A stretch of 32,000 nt of DNA from Candidatus Saccharimonadota bacterium (GCF_025273655.1 NZ_CP045921.1:270001-302000); one strand, 5' to 3'. Positions 23,785 to 32,000 are shown, counted from the stretch's first letter. Notes: generated from the letters alone by a model not told the origin. Numbers and translations: made by a program.

Positions 23785-25032
23785 ATGTTAGATATCAGAT
23801 TCATACGAGACAACCCAGAGAAAGTACAGACAAACGCAGAGGCAAAAGGCTATCGCAATTTGTCTGTGTCAAAACTACTGGAGCTCGATGATTCACGCCG
23901 TGGCTTGCAGCAGCAGGTAGATGAGCTGCGTGAAAAGCGCAATGCCAATGCAGCCAAGATGAAAGGCGGTAAGCCTGCCCAGGAGCTAATCGACGAAGGC
24001 AAGCAAATCAAGGTGGAATTAGCCGAACGCGAGGAATATCTAAAAGCGGCCGATGAAGAGTACACGGCGCTGCTCAATAACTTCCCGAATCTTACCGATA
24101 ATGACGTGCCAGTGGGTGGCGAAGAAGACGGTGTCGAAATCAAACAATGGGGCGAACAAACATCCGGTGCACGTGATCATCTAGATTATGCTGTAGAGCG
24201 CGACTGGGTAGACTTCGAGCGTGGTGCTAAGGTGGCGGGTGCGAAGTTTTATTATCTAAAAGGCGACTTGGCGCTGCTCGAACAAGCGATCACACAGTAC
24301 GCGCTCAATGTACTCGTCGGCAAGGGCTTCAAGTTTATGACGGTGCCTCATATGGTGAATGCACGTACGATGACCGGTACCGGCTTCGCGCCACGTAGCA
24401 GTGATCAGAGCGACGAATATGCGATAGAGGGCGAAGATCTATCGCTCATCGCGACGGCCGAAATCCCACTTACAGGCTATCATGCCGACGAGATCCTCGA
24501 CGAAAAAGACCTCCCGCTTATGTATGCCGGCCTGAGCCCTTGCTACCGGAAGGAAGCGGGTACCTATGGCAAGCACACCCGTGGGTTGTTCCGTGTGCAT
24601 CAGTTCAATAAGCTCGAGATGTATGCGTATGCGTTGCCGGAAAAATCGCGCGAAGTGCATGAACAACTACTGGCCGTAGAAGAAGAGATCTGGCAGGCGA
24701 TGAACGTGCCATACCATATCATCAATATCGCTAGTGGCGACTTGGGCGCGCCGGCCGCCAAGAAGTTTGACATCGAATACTGGTCTCCGGTGGATGGTAC
24801 CTACCGCGAACTCACAAGCTGTAGCAATTGTACTGATTTTCAGACACGCAATCTCAATATTCGCGTGCGCCGCACTGACGGCACGGTGGAGATGGTACAC
24901 TCGCTCAATGGTACGGCAGTAAGTCTTGCTCGTTCGCTTGTAGCAGTGCTAGAGCATAACCAGCGCGAAGACGGCAAGCTAAATGTGCCGGAAGTGCTAC
25001 GACCGTATATGGGCGGTCGAGAAGTTATATAG
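23785..25032 (+). CDS. serS: Seryl-tRNA synthetase
   Basis: 415 aa. It has an N-terminal coiled-coil arm and class II motifs (FRVHQFNKLE, GLSPCYRKEAG, NGTAVSLARS). Confidence 0.95.
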   Translation: MLDIRFIRDNPEKVQTNAEAKGYRNLSVSKLLELDDSRRGLQQQVDELREKRNANAAKMKGGKPAQELIDEGKQIKVELAEREEYLKAADEEYTALLNNFPNLTDNDVPVGGEEDGVEIKQWGEQTSGARDHLDYAVERDWVDFERGAKVAGAKFYYLKGDLALLEQAITQYALNVLVGKGFKFMTVPHMVNARTMTGTGFAPRSSDQSDEYAIEGEDLSLIATAEIPLTGYHADEILDEKDLPLMYAGLSPCYRKEAGTYGKHTRGLFRVHQFNKLEMYAYALPEKSREVHEQLLAVEEEIWQAMNVPYHIINIASGDLGAPAAKKFDIEYWSPVDGTYRELTSCSNCTDFQTRNLNIRVRRTDGTVEMVHSLNGTAVSLARSLVAVLEHNQREDGKLNVPEVLRPYMGGREVI

Positions 25033-25118
25033 TTTTCGCTAATTCCATGTCAGAAAATTATTACATTAGAATTAAAACAAAATAAGTCAATACCCGCATA
25101 GCGAATCGACCCAAAAAC

Positions 25119-25127
25119 TGCTATACT
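25119..25127 (+). promoter_or_regulatory. Extended -10 box TGCTATACT for hpf
   Basis: The sequence reads ACTGCTATACTGTAACTACAAGCACCTAACGAGAGGAGGGAT-ATG. An SD is present. Confidence 0.5.
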
Positions 25128-25158
25128 GTAACTACAAGCACCTAACGAGAGGAGGGAT

Positions 25159-25524
25159 ATGATCTCACCGATTGCAATTACTGGTATCAAATACGACGTG
25201 GATACGCGCACCAAGAAGTATGTAGAACAGAAAGTAGGCAAACTCGACAGGTATCTTCCTCGGCATGTGCGCAGCGACATCAAGGCAGATGTGAAGCTAG
25301 CACAGATCGATCAGAAAAACGGCAACAAGTATGAGGCTGAGGTAATACTATATACACCAGAGAAGACACTGACAGCCAAGGATTCAACTGTAAACGTGCT
25401 GGCGGCGATTGACATAGTAGAAGCCAAGCTGCAGGCTCAGCTAGCGAAGTATAAAGAGCAACACACCGAAGATCGTAGTGTGCTGAGCAAATTCAAACGT
25501 AGTTTCGCTCGCGAAGCGCAGTAA
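25159..25524 (+). CDS. hpf: Ribosome hibernation promoting factor / RaiA family (short form)
   Basis: 121 aa. The pattern of blocks (I.ITG..YDV....K.YVEQKVGKLDRY...) is typical of the sigma54-modulation/ribosome-associated inhibitor family. It lies upstream of secA, as in Bacillus. Confidence 0.8.
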   Translation: MISPIAITGIKYDVDTRTKKYVEQKVGKLDRYLPRHVRSDIKADVKLAQIDQKNGNKYEAEVILYTPEKTLTAKDSTVNVLAAIDIVEAKLQAQLAKYKEQHTEDRSVLSKFKRSFAREAQ

Positions 25525-25620
25525 TTTTCACTGCTTTTACCTCTTTAAATTTTCGGAGTGACCTCGTATAATGAGGGGTAGTTATATGCTGCAAATTTTC
25601 TGGAAGTGAGGGATTTCTCT

Positions 25621-28251
25621 ATGGTAAGCAGACAAAAAGTGTTGACGAAAGTATTTGGCGACCCCCAAAAGCGCGTGGTAAAGGCGCTGGAAAAGCGTGT
25701 CAAAGTTATCAACGAACTCGAAGATAAGTATAAGAAGCTGAGTGACGCAGAGCTCGCCAAACAGACGGAAGTGCTGAAGAAAAAGCTGAGTGGCAAGAAA
25801 AAATCAGCACTCGACGCTATCCTACCCGATGCATTTGCCGTGGCGCGCGAAGCGAGCCAGCGAGTACTGGGTATGCGACACTTCGATGTGCAGCTCATCG
25901 GCGGTATCGTACTGCATGAAGGTAACGTGGCAGAGATGAAAACAGGTGAAGGTAAGACACTCGTAGCGACGGCACCTGTATATCTGAATGCACTTGAAGG
26001 CAAAGGTGTCCATGTTGTGACAGTCAACGATTATCTGGCACAGCGTGATGCGAGCTGGATGGGCGAGCTTTACCACTTCCTGGGCCTTTCTACGGGCGTG
26101 ATTATCAACGACGCGTCATTTGTGTATGATCCTGAGTATGACAACGAGGCACACGATGACGAGAAGATGCGCCGACTCAAACCAGTGAGCCGCAAAGAGG
26201 CCTACGCAGCTGACATCACGTACGGAACAAATAATGAGTTCGGATTCGATTACCTGCGCGACAACATGGTGAACGACGAAGAGCTAGTGCGTCAGCGTGA
26301 GCTGAACTTTGCCATTGTGGATGAGGTAGACTCGATCCTGATCGACGAAGCGCGTACACCACTCATCATCTCGGCACCGGCGGCCGAAAACCCAGAGCAC
26401 TATCTGACGTTTTCTAAAATCGCAGCCAAACTGGCGCCAGAAGATTACATCCTCGATGAGAAGCGCAAGAGCGTCGCACTAAGCGACAAGGGCGTCGAAA
26501 AAGTTGAGAAAATGTTGGGCATCAAAAACCTCTACCTGCCAGACAATGTGCGCAGCGTGTATCACATGGATCAAGCGCTCCGAGCACAAACTTTGTTCAA
26601 GCGTGACAAAGACTACGTGGTGACCCATGACGGCGAGGTGATCATAGTGGATGAGCATACTGGCCGCCTCATGCATGGCCGCCGTTACAGCGAAGGCTTG
26701 CACCAAGCGATTGAGGCCAAAGAGGCAGTGGCGGTGCAGACAGAGAGCATGACACTTGCAACTATTTCGTTCCAAAATTTCTTCCGTCTGTATAAGAAGC
26801 TGGCTGGCATGACCGGTACGGCGTTCACCGAACTCGAAGAGTTTCACCAGATCTATAGTTTGGACGTAGTGCAAGTGCCGTCGAACCGTCCACTGGCACG
26901 TATCGACAAAGAAGACTTGATCTATAAGACGGAAAAAGCCAAGCTCAAAGCCGTTGCTGAAGCGATTCAGGAATATCACAAGCAGGGGCGCCCAGTACTG
27001 GTAGGTTCTGGGTCAATCGTGAAAAACGAGATGATTGCCAAATACCTAGATCAAGAAGGTATCAAATACGAGTTACTCAACGCCAAAAACAACGAACGTG
27101 AAGCGGCGATTGTAGAAAAAGCTGGTGCAAAAGGTGCTATTACGCTGGCAACCAACATCGCTGGCCGCGGTACTGACATCAAACTTGGCGAAGGCGTCAA
27201 AGACCTAGGAGGGTTAGTGGTGATCGGTAGTGAGCGTCACGAGTCACGTCGTATCGATAACCAGCTGCGTGGTCGTGGCGGTCGCCAGGGTGATCCCGGT
27301 GAGACGCAGTTCTATGTGAGTACCGAAGATGATCTGATGCGTATTTTCCAGGGTGAGCGTATCGCAAGTATCATGGATCGTCTGGGTGTGGACGACGATA
27401 TGCCAATTCAGAACAAGACGGTCTCAAAGACGCTTGAGTCTGCCCAGAAGCGTGTCGAAGGCTATAACTACGATACGCGCAAAAACGTGGTGCAGTACGA
27501 CAACGTGATCAACCGTCACCGCAAAGTCGTGTACGCAATTCGCCGCAAGATTTTAGAGGGTGATGACATCAAGTATGAAATCGATCGCCTGATCAATGAG
27601 GCGGTTCACCAGCTCACGAATGTGCCTGCAAAGAACAACAAGAGATTTACCGAAGAGTTCGAGGCTATTTTCCCGATCGGTGATGAAAAGATTAAGGCTA
27701 TTGGTGCCGAGAAGCGTGACAAAGTACGTGAGACAATGGCCGTAGAGGCGGTAGAAAAGTTCTACGGGGAGCGAGAAAAAGCTCTGACACCAGAGGTGAT
27801 TCGCAAAGTCGAGCGCCAAGTTTACATGGAGGTACTTGACCAGCTCTGGATGCAGCACCTGGAAAATATGCAGCACTTACGCGAGGGTATCCACTGGCGA
27901 GGTGTGGGGCAGCGTGACCCACTTGTAGAATACCGTGTCGAATCACAAAAGCTCTTCGAAGGATTGCAGACAACACTACGCGAAGAGGTACTGAAGGTGC
28001 TGACGCATTTACGCCCGACCGATGTGACTGTACAGCTTGAAGAGGACCACGATACAGAGCTGACGCGCTTAGCTGAAAGCTCGGTGGAGCAGGGTGTCAA
28101 CGAAGTTGCAAGTGTGACGCATATTGGTGACGATGATTTTGACGCATCCGTGAAGAAGGCCAAGACCGTCAACGACGCCAACAAGGCCAGGAATGATGCC
28201 CGCAAGAAGAAAAAGGCACAGCGACAGAATCGTAAGAAGAACCGCAAATAA
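25621..28251 (+). CDS. secA: Preprotein translocase ATPase SecA
   Basis: I start at ATG 25621 (MVSRQKVLTKVFGDPQKR), which lies 7 nt after GAGGGA, rather than the track GTG at 25606. The DEAD-like motor motifs are present (MKTGEGKTLVATAPVYLNAL, DEVDSILIDEARTPLIIS, TNIAGRGTDIKLG). The C-terminus is Lys/Arg-rich and lacks a Cys zinc finger. Confidence 0.95.
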   Translation: MVSRQKVLTKVFGDPQKRVVKALEKRVKVINELEDKYKKLSDAELAKQTEVLKKKLSGKKKSALDAILPDAFAVAREASQRVLGMRHFDVQLIGGIVLHEGNVAEMKTGEGKTLVATAPVYLNALEGKGVHVVTVNDYLAQRDASWMGELYHFLGLSTGVIINDASFVYDPEYDNEAHDDEKMRRLKPVSRKEAYAADITYGTNNEFGFDYLRDNMVNDEELVRQRELNFAIVDEVDSILIDEARTPLIISAPAAENPEHYLTFSKIAAKLAPEDYILDEKRKSVALSDKGVEKVEKMLGIKNLYLPDNVRSVYHMDQALRAQTLFKRDKDYVVTHDGEVIIVDEHTGRLMHGRRYSEGLHQAIEAKEAVAVQTESMTLATISFQNFFRLYKKLAGMTGTAFTELEEFHQIYSLDVVQVPSNRPLARIDKEDLIYKTEKAKLKAVAEAIQEYHKQGRPVLVGSGSIVKNEMIAKYLDQEGIKYELLNAKNNEREAAIVEKAGAKGAITLATNIAGRGTDIKLGEGVKDLGGLVVIGSERHESRRIDNQLRGRGGRQGDPGETQFYVSTEDDLMRIFQGERIASIMDRLGVDDDMPIQNKTVSKTLESAQKRVEGYNYDTRKNVVQYDNVINRHRKVVYAIRRKILEGDDIKYEIDRLINEAVHQLTNVPAKNNKRFTEEFEAIFPIGDEKIKAIGAEKRDKVRETMAVEAVEKFYGEREKALTPEVIRKVERQVYMEVLDQLWMQHLENMQHLREGIHWRGVGQRDPLVEYRVESQKLFEGLQTTLREEVLKVLTHLRPTDVTVQLEEDHDTELTRLAESSVEQGVNEVASVTHIGDDDFDASVKKAKTVNDANKARNDARKKKKAQRQNRKKNRK

Positions 28252-29537
28252 TGAAGCACACAGTAGAAGAAGTCCGGCTCAAAAACGGTGCGCGGGGGTT
28301 ACTCATCGACGTACCTGGTGCAACAGTAATGAGTTTTGAGTTTCAGTTCCGCGCCGGTAATCGTTATGTGAAGCATAAAGATATCTACGAAACAGCACAT
28401 CTTATGGAGCATATGGCGTTTGGTGCTAATGCGAAGTACAAGACAGAGCATGAATTCGAAGCGGAGTTTACCAAAAACGGTGCGTATCACAACGCCTACA
28501 CAAGTGATTTGTCGATGGTGTATATGGCCGAATGTGCCGACTTTGAATGGGAGCACATTCTAAAGCTCCAAGAGGTATCAATTTGCCAGCCAAAGTTCAA
28601 CGAAGATGAGTTGGCAGCAGAGAAAGGTAACGTACGCAGCGAGCTGACAGGATATCTTAACAATCACATCCGTTTATTGTGGCCAAAAGCGCAGCAGCTA
28701 CTGGGTGAAGATATTTTGACGTTTAATCAGCGACTTAAGACGATCTCGCATGTGACGCTACGTGATATCCGCGAGCACCACAAGCGTACGCATACGAGTG
28801 ATAACCTGCGCTTTGTGATTGCCGGGAAGCTTCACGGACGCAAGGCTGAGATTCGACGCCAACTCGAAGAATGGCCCCTGCCACGTGGTGAGCATTTCGC
28901 GGTACCGCATGACGAGATGCATTCGGCGAATGCAAGCCTTATCCGTCGCAAAGAAGCTTCAAATATTACGTTTGGCTGGTCAAATATTGTGCCACGCGTA
29001 CTAAGCGATGAGGAGCTCGACGCTATGGCGTGTCTTAACCATTTGCTTACCGGTACTATGCACTCTCGCATTTTTGGTACGGCGCGCAAAAAAGGGCTGT
29101 CGTATAATGTATTCAGTGATGCTGCGGCGAGCTTCTATGAAAGTAGCTGGGACTTTGGTGGTCAGGTGAATCATGAGGCGGCGCACGAACTATTTGTGAT
29201 CATCCGTGACCAGATGCGACAGGTGCTTGATGGTGAAATTACCCAAGCAGAGATCGAAGCGGCTAAATCATACGCACTCGGTCGTCATCAGATGGGTGCT
29301 CAGACGGTGGCGCAGATTAGTAATTTTTATACCTCGCGCTACTTCGGTGACGGCGTAGTAAAAGATTATGAGAAAGTGCCGGATTCGATTACACATACGA
29401 GCCGTGAATGTATGATTGAGACTGCACGCGAATTTATTCGTACAAACACATGGGTACTGGCGGCCGTTGGTAGTGGTGAAAAAGCCGAGATCAATGAACT
29501 CAATACGCTACTTGAAGAGCTCTATATCAAGTCTTGA
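28251..29537 (+). CDS. M16-family (pitrilysin-like) zinc peptidase
   Basis: The inverted zinc motif HxxEH is present (AHLMEHMAF), along with the downstream E of the M16 active site region. The start overlaps the secA stop within TAATG. Confidence 0.8.
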   Translation: MKHTVEEVRLKNGARGLLIDVPGATVMSFEFQFRAGNRYVKHKDIYETAHLMEHMAFGANAKYKTEHEFEAEFTKNGAYHNAYTSDLSMVYMAECADFEWEHILKLQEVSICQPKFNEDELAAEKGNVRSELTGYLNNHIRLLWPKAQQLLGEDILTFNQRLKTISHVTLRDIREHHKRTHTSDNLRFVIAGKLHGRKAEIRRQLEEWPLPRGEHFAVPHDEMHSANASLIRRKEASNITFGWSNIVPRVLSDEELDAMACLNHLLTGTMHSRIFGTARKKGLSYNVFSDAAASFYESSWDFGGQVNHEAAHELFVIIRDQMRQVLDGEITQAEIEAAKSYALGRHQMGAQTVAQISNFYTSRYFGDGVVKDYEKVPDSITHTSRECMIETAREFIRTNTWVLAAVGSGEKAEINELNTLLEELYIKS

Positions 29538-29549
29538 GTAAAGGTTAGG

Positions 29550-29555
29550 TACAAT
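29550..29555 (+). promoter_or_regulatory. Possible -10 box TACAAT, 6 nt upstream of the murD ATG
   Basis: The sequence reads GGTACAATAGGGGT-ATG. The only purine run (AGGGG) is 1 nt from the ATG, too close for a normal SD. Read-through from the upstream gene is equally possible. Confidence 0.3.
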
Positions 29556-29561
29556 AGGGGT

Positions 29562-30875
29562 ATGAAAATTGCGATAGTTGGCTACGGAATCGAGGGGGAG
29601 CAGAACTATAAGTACTGGAGTGTGCGTGGCGATGATGTGACGATTGTTGATGAGCGGCAGCCGAGCCGCGAGCTACCCGAAGGTGCCAAGGCAATTATCG
29701 GTGAAGACGCACTCACGCAGCTCGACGAGTTTGATATGATTGTGCGCACAGCGGGTCTCGCGCCGACGAGGCTGGGGACGCACGTAAAGGTATGGTCGGC
29801 GACCAATGAGTTTTTTCGTCAATGCCCGGCACCAATCATAGGTGTAACTGGCAGCAAGGGCAAAGGCACGACATGTAGCTTGGTGGCAAGTATCTTGAGT
29901 GCTGCAGGCTACAGGGTGCATTTGGTGGGTAACATCGGTACGCCCGCTCTAGAAGTATTGCCAGATATCGAGTCGGATGACATTGTTGTGTATGAGCTAA
30001 GTAGTTTCCAGTTGTGGGACGCGGAACGCTCACCGCATCATGCGGCAGTGCTGCATATCGAGGCGGATCACCTCGATGTGCACGCAGACTTCGCGGAATA
30101 CATCGCGGCTAAATCCAATATCGTGAAATATCAGACACGTAGTGACACTGCAGTGTACCACCCGACTAACGAATGGAGCCAAGCAATTGCCGAAAATATG
30201 CCAGAGTTCGTCACTCAGGCGGCAAAATATGCAAGCCAGGACAACGGCAATCCAGCGCGCGAAACTGTCTATGTTGCAAGCGGCAAATTTGTGACTACCA
30301 AAGGGCGCACAATTTGTGAGACGAGCGCACTCAAGCTACCGGGCGCGCACAATCAAGACAACGCTTGTGCAGCTATGAGTTTGTGTCTCAACTACGAAGT
30401 GAGCGATACGCAGTTCGCAGAAGGTCTGAGTGCATTTACAGGTTTGCCGCACCGTCTGCGATTTGTGGCAGAGAAATCGGGTGTGAGCTACTATGACGAC
30501 AGTATCGCTACCACTCCGGGTAGCGCGATTGCTGCTGCATACGCGTTTACTCAGCCAAAAGTTATGATACTTGGCGGTTCAAGCAAAGGTGCTGATTTCG
30601 CGGAACTTGCTCATACATTGCAAGACGTACGAGTTCGCAAGCTGCTGCTTATCGGTGAGGAGGGCGCACGTATTGCTGCGACGTTTGCGCGCGAGGGGGT
30701 AGCTGACTACGAGGAAGTAACTGGTACGATGGCCGACGTGGTGACCCGTGCTGCCGAGGTGTCTCAGCCTGGTGACGCTGTAATACTCAGTCCAGCTTGT
30801 GCGAGTTTTGGCATGTTTCGGGACTACAAGGATCGTGGTGATCAGTTTATCTCAGCAGTTGGTACGCTCGCCTGA
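29562..30875 (+). CDS. murD: UDP-N-acetylmuramoylalanine--D-glutamate ligase
   Basis: It has an N-terminal Rossmann-like segment (MKIAIVGYGIEG) and the Mur ligase P-loop (GVTGSKGKGTT). The C-terminal GGSSKGADF motif is typical of MurD. Confidence 0.85.
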   Translation: MKIAIVGYGIEGEQNYKYWSVRGDDVTIVDERQPSRELPEGAKAIIGEDALTQLDEFDMIVRTAGLAPTRLGTHVKVWSATNEFFRQCPAPIIGVTGSKGKGTTCSLVASILSAAGYRVHLVGNIGTPALEVLPDIESDDIVVYELSSFQLWDAERSPHHAAVLHIEADHLDVHADFAEYIAAKSNIVKYQTRSDTAVYHPTNEWSQAIAENMPEFVTQAAKYASQDNGNPARETVYVASGKFVTTKGRTICETSALKLPGAHNQDNACAAMSLCLNYEVSDTQFAEGLSAFTGLPHRLRFVAEKSGVSYYDDSIATTPGSAIAAAYAFTQPKVMILGGSSKGADFAELAHTLQDVRVRKLLLIGEEGARIAATFAREGVADYEEVTGTMADVVTRAAEVSQPGDAVILSPACASFGMFRDYKDRGDQFISAVGTLA

Positions 30876-30876
30876 G

Positions 30877-30885
30877 TGTTATACT
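30877..30885 (+). promoter_or_regulatory. Extended -10 box TGTTATACT(AAAA) upstream of the M48 peptidase gene
   Basis: The sequence reads GAGTGTTATACTAAAAGGAACGAATACGAGGAGAAGA-ATG. An SD is present. Confidence 0.5.
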
Positions 30886-30910
30886 AAAAGGAACGAATAC
30901 GAGGAGAAGA

Positions 30911-31900
30911 ATGAACGAAGAGACTACTATAGTGCCGCAACAGCCTGCTGCGCCGCCTGAGCATCCCGCTGTCCGACAGGCAAACTTGACGAGTGATTAT
31001 GTAGTATTAGCCATCGGCGTTCTCGCGTCGCTTGCGGTAGTGGGGCTAGTGTTTCTTACCAGCATCGCATCGTTTATCTATGGTACTGAAGTGGTTGCAG
31101 AGGAAACTGGTGCGAGTCCAGTCGAAGATTTTTTTGGTAATTTGTTCGGTATCGCAATTGTAGTAGGCGTCGCGCTGGCATTTATTCTCACGCTTATCCG
31201 TATGATGCGCCAGCAGATGCTTGGCAATGCGCTGCAAGTGGAATACAGCGACTACGCATGGCTGCGCGAGTGGAGCAATCAAGTGGCGAAAGACCTGCAT
31301 ATGCCGCGAGTAGAGATCATGGTAACGCAGGATCCAGTGATCAATGCCTATGCGTTCGGTTTCGCTACCCCGTACACTATCGTGCTTCATTCGGGCTCGA
31401 TTCGCTGGCTAACGCATGAGCAGCTCAAGGCTGTGGTGGTGCACGAGATGGCGCATGTGAAGTATCGTCATACGCAGATCGGGACGTATCTCAACTTGCT
31501 ACGCATGATTCCGGTGATTGGAACACTCAACGGCTGGTTGCTCGATTTCTGGGGGCGCCGTGCAGAGTTGACAGCCGACCGATTGGCACTGTGCTACTTG
31601 CGCGACGGCAAGCTGGTGAAGGAGTCGCTGATCGGTGTGCATGTAGGGCCGGATGTCGCAACATCATTTAACGATATCGCACAGCAGTGGCAAGTGTATA
31701 TGACGGATAACTACTTTAATCGCTTCACGCAGACGTTTAGCTCACATCCTTTCTTGGTACGACGTCTGCGCCATATCGATGCAAAAACCGAGGAATTCAC
31801 ACCTATCTGGCCACCTAAAACTACAATTGTCCGCAAAAAACCTATCACCAAGAAAGAGACGGCCGCGTCCGATGCAGCCACTGAAGAAACGACTCGATAA
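30911..31900 (+). CDS. M48-family (HtpX/Ste24-like) membrane zinc metalloprotease
   Basis: TM helices are followed by LKAVVVHEMAHVKYRH (HExxH) and a downstream ELTADR glutamate region. Confidence 0.7.
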   Translation: MNEETTIVPQQPAAPPEHPAVRQANLTSDYVVLAIGVLASLAVVGLVFLTSIASFIYGTEVVAEETGASPVEDFFGNLFGIAIVVGVALAFILTLIRMMRQQMLGNALQVEYSDYAWLREWSNQVAKDLHMPRVEIMVTQDPVINAYAFGFATPYTIVLHSGSIRWLTHEQLKAVVVHEMAHVKYRHTQIGTYLNLLRMIPVIGTLNGWLLDFWGRRAELTADRLALCYLRDGKLVKESLIGVHVGPDVATSFNDIAQQWQVYMTDNYFNRFTQTFSSHPFLVRRLRHIDAKTEEFTPIWPPKTTIVRKKPITKKETAASDAATEETTR

Positions 31901-32000
31901 TCTCAGGCGCGAGTTCGACGACTTATTCGCCAAACTCCAGATTGCCGACAAACAAACGCAGCGAGACGCGCTCGAGGATGAGCTAACTCGGCCGGAACTG
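31872..32000 (+). CDS. prfB: Peptide chain release factor 2, N-terminal 43 codons (runs off the window edge)
   Basis: My translation from ATG 31872 gives MQPLKKRLDNLRREFDDLFAKLQIADKQTQRDALEDELTRPEL. This aligns with the RF2 N-terminus (E. coli ...[22 protein letters not shown]). It overlaps the M48 gene by 29 nt. It is absent from the supplied track because it is truncated. Confidence 0.7.
   Translation, partial: MQPLKKRLDNLRREFDDLFAKLQIADKQTQRDALEDELTRPEL

Noticed and set aside
25606-25620. Track start codons upstream of my chosen starts: GTG 25606 for secA, ATG 1368 for the lipoprotein, GTG 6444 for the BtpA-like gene, GTG 20828 for the ABC ATPase
   Set aside because: In each case a downstream ATG has better SD spacing or a better -10 context, and gives the canonical family N-terminus. 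The upstream extensions add non-conserved residues.
25545-28259. Several antisense ORFs inside secA (25545-26027, 26479-26979, 27553-27876, 27822-28259)
   Set aside because: All lie opposite a clearly intact SecA. They are Ser/Cys/Leu-rich nonsense-like sequences and therefore shadow ORFs.
1-32000. Search for CRISPR arrays, IS elements, integrases, phage genes, toxin-antitoxin pairs, reverse transcriptases (DGR or retron) and long direct or inverted repeats
   Set aside because: I could not see any spaced direct-repeat array, transposase, integrase or RT-like ORF, or terminal inverted repeats by eye. The only recurring short sequences are the promoter-like TGTTATACT boxes and the poly-Gly codon repeat. 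A computational repeat search (self dot-plot) would be needed to exclude short dispersed repeats.

Overview
This is a very gene-dense housekeeping region from a small bacterial genome that uses the standard genetic code. TGA terminates well-supported genes (frr, the FMN reductase, the M16 peptidase, murD), and both RF1 and the start of RF2 are present. I support about 33 CDS. They cover translation (prmC, prfA, rpmE, rpsB, tsf, frr, proS, greA, lysS, serS, hpf, prfB), secretion and envelope (secA, rseP, uppS, uppP, murD, a MacB/FtsX-type ABC pair, a DUF2207 protein, an OmpA-like protein), ion transport (kup, a Fet4-like permease), three further proteases (CPBP, M16, M48), and five orphan proteins. 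I saw no rRNA, tRNA, CRISPR array, transposase, integrase or phage gene. Gene order follows three blocks that I recall from Bacillus subtilis: rpmE-(tdk)-prfA-prmC, rpsB-tsf-(pyrH)-frr-uppS-(cdsA,dxr)-rseP-proS, and hpf-secA-prfB. The bracketed genes are absent here, and orphan or protease genes sit in or near the gaps. That fits a reduced, Gram-positive-like, possibly CPR/Saccharibacteria-like genome, but the lineage is inference only. The clearest sequence-level signal is a recurrent extended -10 box (TGnTATAnT, often TGTTATACT). For about eight genes it lies only 6-11 nt from the ATG with no Shine-Dalgarno, which suggests leaderless mRNAs alongside classic AAGGAG-led genes. I cannot identify a convincing multi-gene novel system from sequence alone. 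The best candidates are: (1) the basic/acidic orphan pair with near-consensus promoters at 4959-6385; (2) the orphans on the opposite strand inside conserved operons (1407-1922, 8656-9144, 14510-15340); (3) a Pro-codon mini-ORF plus hairpin upstream of proS; and (4) the FMN-reductase/DUF2207 and uppP/ABC/OmpA-like envelope clusters.
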